A DNA stretch of 64,000 bases from Octopus vulgaris. Its lineage: Eukaryota. Below are positions 54,359-64,000 of the stretch, piece by piece (positions within the stretch are counted from its first letter, which is position 1; the number at the start of each line of letters is the position of its first letter). The notes beneath the pieces were generated by a model. It worked only from the letters and a program-made list of their open reading frames with translations, had not been told where the DNA came from and ran no database searches. Position numbers and translations under genes: made by a program. The stretch is from assembly GCA_951406725.2 (NCBI GenBank), contig OX597824.1, forward strand, positions 48,794,001 to 48,858,000, given 5' to 3'.

Positions 54359-54431
54359 GAAGAAGAAGAAGAAGAAGAAGAAGAAGAAGAAGAAGAAGAA
54401 GAAGAAGAAGAAGAAGAAGAAGAAGAAGAAT

Positions 54432-54470
<39 letters not shown>

Positions 54471-54862
54471 TTGCTTATCAGTTGTTTGACCTGTTGAGTA
54501 TGACCCTTGGTGGCTGAAGATATGTGCATGTCTGATCACGAGGAGAAGTAGTTGGGGAACATCATAGCCATGTGTTGAGAGGAATTCTTTGGGGTTTGAT
54601 TAATTCAACCTTGGAAACATGGGTGTCTCGTTCAACAACCTTAAACAATCTTTATTCGAGCGGGATGGACTACTCGACACGAAGAAGATTCTAACTGGGC
54701 CCCACCTGCAAGGTCATACACTGTTTGTCTTGATGTGAGATTACTATGTCGCATACATAACGTTGTGATGCATGTGCCTGGTAAGCTCTTATCAGACGTG
54801 TAGTCATGATGGGTAAACTGGGCTTTGTATCACTTCGATGGCATGTGCCGCTCCCTCACTCA
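54471..54862 (+). mobile_element. Non-coding TAA-associated repeat (family X), copy 3
   Basis: Aligns to ~12279-12670; ends GCTCCCTCACTCAAT then (GAT)n(AAT)n. Confidence 0.78.
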
Positions 54863-54880
54863 ATGATGATGATGATGATG

Positions 54881-54955
<75 letters not shown>

Positions 54956-54989
54956 TATTCTTTTATTCCTTTTCTTCTTTTCATTTTTA

Positions 54990-55238
54990 TATTCTTTTAA
55001 TTGTTTCAGTCATTTGACTGCGGCCATGCTGGAGCACCGCTTTTAGATAAACAAATCGACCCTTATTCTTTGTAAGCTTAGTACTTATTCTATACATCAC
55101 TTGAGCCAAACCGCTAAGTTACTGGGACATAAACACACCCACATGGGGGACAAACGCAGATACACAAGCACATACATACATACATACATACATACATACA
55201 TACATACATACATACATACATACATTCATACATACATT

Positions 55239-55279
<41 letters not shown>

Positions 55280-55515
55280 AAATATAAGGCGGCGAGCTGG
55301 CAGAAACGTTAGCACGCCGGGCGAAATGCGTAGCCGTATTTCGTCTGCCGTTACGTTCTGAGTTCAAATTCCGCTGAGGTCGACTTTGCCTTTCATCCTT
55401 TCGGGGTCGATAAATTAAGTACCAGTTACACACTGGGGTTGATATAATCGACTTAATCCGTTTGTCTGTCCTTGTTTATCCCCTCTGTGTTTAGCCCCTT
55501 GTGGGTAGTAAAGAA

Positions 55516-55567
<52 letters not shown>

Positions 55568-55725
55568 CGGGCTTCTTTCAGTTTCCGTTTACCTAATACA
55601 CTCACAAGGTTTTGGTGGGCCCGATGCTATAGTAGAGATAATTGCCCAAGGTGCCACGCAGTGAGACTGAACCCGGAACCATGTGGTGGGAAGCAATCTT
55701 CTTACTGTACAGCCACGCTTGCGCC
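54990..55725 (-). mobile_element. SINE family B interrupted by a family A SINE
   Basis: Tail at ~54990-55165, head at ~55565-55725. Confidence 0.88.
55288..55518 (+). mobile_element. Full-length SINE family A (tail type 1), nested
   Basis: Complete GGCGGCGAGCTGG...GTAAAGAAATA inside the (TA)n tract of the host SINE. Confidence 0.92.
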
Positions 55726-55800
55726 TATATATATATGCATGAATACATATACATATACACTTATATGTATGTGTGTGTGTTTATCAATCTATCTATCTCT

Positions 55801-55852
<52 letters not shown>

Positions 55853-55911
55853 GTATATATATATATACATGCACACACACACATATATATATAAATACAT
55901 GCACACACACA

Positions 55912-55991
<80 letters not shown>

Positions 55992-56604
55992 TATGTGTGA
56001 ATACATACATACATACATATACCTTACTTTCAAGCACACACACGCGTACGCTCTCACACACTCAGAGACAAACACACAGACACGCACGCACGCATATGCT
56101 GTTTGATAATCCTGTAATCCGAAGCATCATTACATGTAACAAACAATCTTATTGATAAATTGCCAAATATCTTTACTGTTTTGCATTTGTTTTATGAAAT
56201 AATCGCAGGTTGCTCAGCAAATGAACTAAACACAAGTTTTGGCAGCTTCTGATACCTTTCTCACCAACCGACTCTACTGCAATTCATTTAATTTGAGATC
56301 CATTTACCTCCTTAAAATCTTTTTTCATCTTTATTTTTGTTCTTTAGAATCGTTGCTTTTCAGAAAATTATCTTTGTTGTAAGTGCGACTAAGAAATGTA
56401 TGTGGTTGTGCATGTGCGTTTGTGCAGTTGTACTTGTGCGTACGGGTATCAGTTTGTGTGTGTGTGTATGTATGCGTGTATGTGTGTGTGTGTGTGCGTG
56501 TGTGTGTGTGCGTGTGTGTGTATATCTGCGTGTGTGTTTGTGTATGTGTGTAAAACATTATGTCTTGAAAGGAAAAACTGGCAGATCTTTACTGAAGGTT
56601 TTAT

Positions 56605-56661
<57 letters not shown>

Positions 56662-56689
56662 AGGCTTATTCTCTTATTGTTCTTTTATT

Positions 56690-56921
56690 CTGCTATTGCT
56701 TTCATTCTTTGGATTTCGGCAATGCTGGAGCAACTCCTTAAAGGATTTAGTCGAAAAAATCGACCCCACTACTTACTTGTAAGTTTGGAATTTATTCTAC
56801 CGGCATCTTTTGCTTAACCGCTAAGTTATAGGGGAATTAAACAAACCAGTATACATAGTCAAGCGGTGGAGCGTTCAAAAACAATACAAAGACACACACA
56901 CACACTCTCTCTCTCTCCCTC

Positions 56922-56953
<32 letters not shown>

Positions 56954-56958
56954 ACACA

Positions 56959-56993
<35 letters not shown>

Positions 56994-57110
56994 TACACCA
57001 CACGAGTGCGCACACATACTCACGCGCCACATTATTATGAGCTTCCACCTTATTTCCGGCCACCAGTTCAACTAAAAGACATTGGTCGGCCCAGGGTTAC
57101 AATTAAAGAC
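56690..57110 (-). mobile_element. Degenerate SINE family B
   Basis: GGCAATGCTGGAGCA..TCGACCCC..CCGCTAAGTTA..GTCAAGCGGT motifs. Confidence 0.65.
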
Positions 57111-58549
57111 ACTCTCATAAGATATCTGAGAGACATTCTGCTGTTATTTATAGTAGGTCAAATTCCTTCGTTGACTATATTATATTTGGAGAAAAATGAG
57201 TCGACCATCGTTTGAATGCTTCATTATAGGTCTAATTAAGAAGTGTTAATCCGGTACTAAACAGCAATATCAACAACTCCAGCAACCACATCAACAGCAA
57301 TACCAATATCAATCACAGCATCAACTGCAGAAGCAAGAATCTCTTTTCAGCTAGACAGATTTAATCTCATGCGCGCAAACCAATGCCAAGTTATCAAGTA
57401 AGCATCTAACTTCTTTATATTGGTTCTGAATATAAGCATCACCGTGCTTTCGAAGCTATAGTCTAATAGCAATGGGACGTTTGCGTATTCGTGACTTTCT
57501 CGGTGATATTAGTGATGTGAGAATACGAAATGGCTACAACGAGAATCTTAAAGAAGACACCTCGAATGTACTGTGGCTCTATTCCATAGCACTCCTTCAT
57601 AGGTGTGTACAGAAGTTTCTTACAACTAAGTATGAGGTCTCTAGTTAATTTGTAAAAGAGAAATGGAATTGTGTTACGTTCATCATTTTCCCAGAGAATG
57701 ATTAGTGTATGAGAAAAGAAGGGGTTGAAACTGCATTTCAGACTCAGCTTCTTGGAACTGGCTTAAAGTTGATGGCACTTCGATATCCAAATTATTATTT
57801 CATTTTTGTATTTAGTTTTCAAGATCTTTAATGTGAACGCGTGTGTTGAAATACGTTTTGTTATGGATTTTGTTGTATCTCGTGAGGACCGTTGTGCTAA
57901 TAAACACATGCACTTTTTAATTAATATTCGTCAATTGGTTAGTTATTTAAAACTAACTAAATAATAAATCAATCAATCAATCAATCAGTTATGTTTTTCA
58001 AAGACCTCTCGTCGCCATTCGCAACCTTTTCAATGACATACTCTCCCAAATATTGGTTTCAAATTTTAGCACACAGCCAGCATACTCGTGGAAGGTGTTA
58101 AGTAGATTGCATCGACCTCAGTGCTCAGCTGGTACTTACTTTGTCGATCTCAAAAGGATGAAAGGCAAAGTAAACCTCGGTGTAATTTGAACGCAGAACG
58201 GCATACAATGGCAAACTTAGGAAACCCAGCCAGATGAACGGGTTGCGAGGTTTTTTCATCTCCTCATCTATCTGCTGCTCCCACATAATGCCAGCGTAGA
58301 TCCAGTTGGTCATTAGTCTTCATGAACGAGACGTTCTCAAGAATGTTTCTACACAACTGACTTCTTTGGGGATAAAGAATCATTCATATACACCAAACTC
58401 GCACCCATCTTTCACAAAATTTGTTATCAAAATTTTGCGTGCCAACCATCACATTGTACTTAATTTTCGTACTGGAAAAAGATTATGGGGCTTCGATCAA
58501 GTGTGCTGTATGGTAGCTCGATAACATAGTCAGACCAAAGATTTCTGCT

Positions 58550-59460
58550 ACACTTAAAAAGCCACAAGAAGGATTTGCACAACTCAGTATAGTCCGTGAC
58601 TTCGTCTCGTATGCAGTAACCTAACCGTCTATAGAATACAAGAAATCATGTCTCATGAAACCCACAGACCAATCAGTAAAGTAGATGTTTGATCCAGTTC
58701 AGGTTACTAAATAACTCGGACTACGTTTTATCCCAATTTACAATTATGTGAAGCATACGAACTGAAAGAAAGCCTTCTTTGCGAAGTAATATCCCTCTGA
58801 ATATCATTGAAGGAGTTTCTACAGCCGCAAGCAGAGAAAGATTGGTTGATACACTATGGAAACATAATAAAAATAACTTTTCTAAATTTATAGAAAAATA
58901 TAAAATATAAATTACATGATAAGTATACTGAAGAGAAATTTAAAGTAAGAAGACACAACAAAAATGTTTAAAAAAAGAAAGAAGCTAACTGAAAAAGAAA
59001 TTCCAAAAGCACACAATAGAAAAAAAACTAGAGAAAAGCCCATCATTTTCAAGATCCGGCACGATTGAACAGAGATGAAATTGGATATAAGAAAACCAGC
59101 ACTTGTTCAAAAGTTCAGAAAAAATTCGATTTTAGCTGCACAACGTCAATTGTTATTCATATAAAAAAAAACTGAGATGAAATTATAAAACGAGAGACCA
59201 ACATCAACTGCAGTCTATGCAGTCAACAGGAAAAAAAAAAGACTGACTCATTTCCGGTTGACAAGTTCCTGCAAGAGTAGAATATGTCCACAGGCATGAC
59301 AGGGTAGGCAACTATATCCATTAGGAAATATGTCGACACTTCCACATCAAAACCGAAAATAAATGCTAAAAGCACGTACCAAATCCGATCTGTGACAATG
59401 ACATGCGTACAATAGTCTGAGACATTTCCGGTCAGACTAACAAAGGAGATCAAACCTAAC
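58550..59460 (+). mobile_element. Possible very old Penelope-like relic
   Basis: Only short motifs: KPTD near 58658 and FSCTTSIVIH near 59131. Confidence 0.3.
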
Positions 59461-60022
59461 ATATATTTGAAGAAGAAGAAGAAGAAGAAGAAGAAGAAGA
59501 AGAAGAAGAAGAAGAAGAAGAAGAAGAAGAAGAAGAAGAAGAAGAAGAAATTTCTTCTCTCTAAACCATTGAACGGAAGGAAGTGGGGGAAAAGGCTATC
59601 AAATTACAAGAATCTCAAAATGGAAATAATCTGGATTTGGTAAATGAAAAAAAAAGGCAACAATACTAATTGGTACACAAAGTATATTAATAAAGAATAT
59701 TAAAAAAACATAAATATCATAGCACGAGAAGGCCAATACTTGATTGGGAACAAAATCGATTCCACCGGAATTCGAACTCCACCAATAAAATGACTAATGA
59801 CAACGATTTTCACTACTTCCTCAAAGTGACAAAGAGGCAGCAAAATGGAACAGTCGATTAAATCGAGATTAGTACTTTACTAGGAGCTGTTTTATCAACC
59901 CCAGGAAGAAGAAAAGCAAAAATCAATCCAGAGATCGGGGGGATTTCCGATAATATTAAAGAACACAACTAAATACTGCCACTAAAAACTCGTTTCTCTA
60001 CCAATTGCAACATGCGAACGAT

Positions 60023-60992
60023 TCTTATTTCTTCACTGCCCACAAGGGGCTACACACAGAGGGGACAAACAAGGATAGACAAACGGATTAAATCGATTAT
60101 ATCGATCCCAGTGCATAACTGGTACTTATTTAATCGACCCCGAAAAGATGAAAGGCAAAGTCGACCTCGGTGGAATTTGAACTCAGAACGTAGCGGCAGA
60201 CGAAATACCTATTTCTTTACTACCCACAAGAGGCTACACACAGAGGGGACAAACAAGGACAGACACACGGATTAAGTCGATTATATCGACCCCAGTGCAT
60301 AACTGGTACTTGATGTATCGACCCCGAAAGGATGAAAGGCAAAGTCGACCTCGGTGGAATTTGAACTCAGAACGTAGCGGCAGACGAAATACCTATTTCT
60401 TTATTACCCACAAGAGGCTCCACACAGAGGGGACAAACAAGGACAGACACACGGATTAAGTCGATTATATCGACCCCAGTGCGTAACTGGTACTTAATGT
60501 ATCGACCCCGAAAGGATGAAAGGCAAAGTCGACCTCGGTGAAATTTGAACTCAGAACGTAGCGGCAGACGAAATACCTATTTCTTTACTACCCACAAGAG
60601 GCTACACACAGAGGGGACAAACAAGGACAGACACACGGATTAAGTCGATTATATCGACCCCAGTGCGTAACTGGTACTTAATTTATCGACCCCGAAAGGA
60701 TGAAAGGCAAAGTCGACCTCGGTGGAATTTGAACTCAGAACGTAGCGGCAGACGAAATACCTATTTCTTTACTGCCCACAAGAGGCTACACACAGAGGGG
60801 ACAAACAAGGACAGACACACGGATTAAGTCGATTATATCGACCCCAGTGCGTAACTGGTACTTAATGTATCGACCCCGAAAGGATGAAAGGCAAAGTCGA
60901 CCTCGGCGGAATTTGAACTCAGAACGTAACGGCAGGCGAAATACCGCTAAGCATTTCGCCCGGCGTGCTAAAGATTCTGCCAGGTCGTCACC
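60023..60992 (-). repeat. SINE family A concatemer: one head plus five tandem 184-bp units
   Basis: ATTTCTT unit starts at 60027, 60211, 60395, 60579 and 60763; tRNA A-box head only at ~60947-60992. Confidence 0.95.
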
Positions 60993-61002
60993 CCAACAAT
61001 AA

Positions 61003-61218
61003 TCATTTCTACTTTAGGCACAAGGCCCGAAATTTTTGGAGAGTGGGGGACAGTCGATCACATCGACCCCAGTACTCAACTGGTACTTTATTTATCGATC
61101 CCGAAAAGATGAAAGGCAAAATCAAACTAGGCGAGATTTGAACTCAGAACGTAAAGACGGACGAAATGCCGCGAAGCATTTTGACTGGTATGCTAACGAT
61201 TCTGCTAGTTCGACGCCT
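61003..61218 (-). mobile_element. SINE family A (tail type 2), directly upstream of the concatemer
   Basis: Reverse complement of head, centre and CCTTGTGCCTAAAGTAGAAA tail. Confidence 0.85.
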
Positions 61219-61249
61219 TAACAAGAACAGCAACAACAACAACAACAAC

Positions 61250-61327
<78 letters not shown>

Positions 61328-61909
61328 GATAATAATAATAATAATAATGATAATAATAATAATAATAATGTTTTAATAATTAACAAAGCAATATAGTAAA
61401 ATTAACTGTAAATATATCTAAAAAACAAGTTGAAAAACGTGAGACTGATTTTACTACTAACTTAAATCTATTACAGTGCATTAGGAGGGGAAAAACACAT
61501 TTTCTACATCATTCCGTTTGTAATTGCTTCACATTCGAGTGACACACAGGCAGTTCTTTAACAAAACGTCAGCGGGGTTACCTATTAGTACAAACATGTG
61601 AAAGTTCCGGGAATTTGCAGTTCTAACATCAAAGAATCTTGTCAGCATCTTTCTTTTTGAGTATCTATTTGTTTTGACATATTTATATTCCAGCACGGCT
61701 TTCAAGTCATTTTAAGATGTGCCACATTTTCTTTCAGATATTAAATAAATAAATATATAGATAAATAGATAAATAGATAAAGAACAAAAACAAAAAACAG
61801 AAAATGTATCTCTGAAATTGTGACATATACAATATGTGGCTGTGTGTGTGTGTGAGTGCGTGTGTATAAAGTGCATACATAAGTATATGTGTATATATAT
61901 ATCTATCTA

Positions 61910-61995
<86 letters not shown>

Positions 61996-62061
61996 TATAT
62001 ACATACATATATGTATATATGCATATATATATGTATATATGTATGTACATATGTGTGTATG

Positions 62062-62098
<37 letters not shown>

Positions 62099-62293
62099 AG
62101 TATGTATGTATTTATGTATGTATACATTAAATACACACACAAACACACACAAGCAATAACAAGAATTATGAACATGATTATGATGATTGTGTTGATCATG
62201 ATTGCTTGGAAATGAGTTGCAATTGCTTGCTTTCCACTGGCAGACATGGAATATGAAAAAGGAAAAAAAAACTCTCACCAACCCGAAATGTTC

Positions 62294-62411
<118 letters not shown>

Positions 62412-62997
62412 ATTCAAGTTATATACAGTTAATCTCTGCTCTCGTCTATCTTCATAATTGCATTGAACAATCTAACTTAAATAAATATCGCGTTGGTAGA
62501 GTGACATCCGTTATACTGAGTTAAGGCAACGGCGAACGACGATGATTGCGGTTGGTGGCCGGTAGGTGGCAGTGATGTAAATGATACGAAGAATGAAGAA
62601 AGGAAGGAAAGTTGACAGGAAGAAAGAAAGGAGGACGGTGATAGAAAAACCAAGGCATATATCACACCACCACCGCTACTACAACTACAACACATCATCG
62701 ATTTCGACGCCATTGACTGCTCAATATCTCCACCGTCACAGACATCATACCAAACACCATGGGCGTCACAACCACCAACAAGACTTCCATTACCCTGCCT
62801 CCCCAATCTGCCATTAAGTGGACTTTTCGCAAAATTGGCAAAGCATCAAACCAGTTTTATCAACATATTTATTTATTTACTGATCGATCGATGTCTATAA
62901 CTCGGCTTAAATGCAACAATAAATGAATAAATAAGTATATCAGAAAGGAAACCAACATATATACATACATATATATATAATATATATATATATATAC

Positions 62998-63125
<128 letters not shown>

Positions 63126-63239
63126 CCTATATATATGTATACATATATATATACATATATTTATACATATATACATATACATATATATATATACATATAT
63201 ATATACATACATACATATATATGTATATACATATATATG

Positions 63240-63323
<84 letters not shown>

Positions 63324-63421
63324 TAACAATGAGGGTCTTTGCAACAAGTTGCTAGACCACATGAAATTTGTTGATTTTATTAAATTAATTATATTTCACC
63401 CTTTATCTGTATTTTGGGGGG

Positions 63422-63790
63422 CTTGTTTCAGCTCAGAGCTGCGGCCATGCTGATGCACCGCCGTTTTGTGCCACACTGTTATTACGAAGAACCTCCTCTA
63501 ATATGTGGCACTTGGTGAAGAATGGAATTTGACATAGCTACTCCCATTTGCACCTCTTGCCGTGAGGTAGGTTTATCTGGGACTCTCGACAGGAAGATGT
63601 CCAGCTTTGATTTAAAAACTGCTACATTACTTTGTGCAAGTTCCTCAGACACTTTGGGAGAATATTAAAAAGATGTGGGCCCCTGAAACCCAGGCTGTTG
63701 CAGAAGCTGGTCCTGAAGCGCGATGGCATTGGTGGGATCTTTGGCACCATGCAGTGTCGTCCCGTTCTAGCATTGGTGTAGCTTACAATG

Positions 63791-63795
<5 letters not shown>
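63422..63795 (-). mobile_element. CR1-like LINE 3' end
   Basis: Manual translation: RTGRHC..FCNSLGFRGPHLFNILPKCLRNL / FKSKLDIFLSRVPDKP, typical of a CR1-group ORF2 C-terminus, then a short 3' UTR. Confidence 0.8.
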
Positions 63796-63831
<36 letters not shown>

Positions 63832-63834
<3 letters not shown>

Positions 63835-63897
63835 TAGGTGAATGAATTATCCTAGTATTGATAATTCGGTTAATCGACTCCATTCTTTTATTCATTT

Positions 63898-63900
<3 letters not shown>
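63832..63900 (+). mobile_element. 69-bp internally deleted relative of the 14161-14586 element
   Basis: AAGTAGGTGAATGAATTATCCTAGTATTGATAATTCGGTTAATCGA resembles 14161-14206, joined to CTCCATTCTTT (cf. 14567-14577); (TA)n on both sides. Confidence 0.65.
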
Positions 63901-63950
<50 letters not shown>

Positions 63951-64000
63951 TTATATATAGATATATATATATACACATTTATATCTATATATGCACACAT

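Noticed and set aside
60023-60992. Regular repeat array as a CRISPR-like locus
   Set aside because: Units are whole SINE bodies with no unique spacers, no cas genes, and the context is eukaryotic.
63634-63837. Plus-strand 67-aa ORF
   Set aside because: Antisense to the CR1-like LINE fragment.

Overview
AT-rich eukaryotic intergenic or intronic DNA, saturated with microsatellites. The repeat families suggest an octopus (coleoid cephalopod) genome; this is an inference. No host protein-coding gene could be supported, and most ORF-track entries are translated microsatellites or antisense TE frames. The window holds: (i) two nests (1-19.7 kb and 51-55 kb) of RLE-type non-LTR retrotransposons (R4/Dong-like, at least four families) inserted in (TAA)n tracts; (ii) Penelope-like element relics and four hammerhead-ribozyme motifs, one apparently intact; (iii) a full-length decayed mariner, several MITEs and a small Helitron; (iv) three SINE families; (v) a CR1-like LINE 3' end. 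The most unusual signals are a 5 x 184-bp SINE concatemer whose hairpin junction recurs at a second locus, a non-coding TAA-targeted element that behaves like an R4/Dong parasite, a small (TA)n-targeted hammerhead element with a perfect 61-bp inverted repeat, and a LINE/SINE shared tail with a covarying stem-loop.
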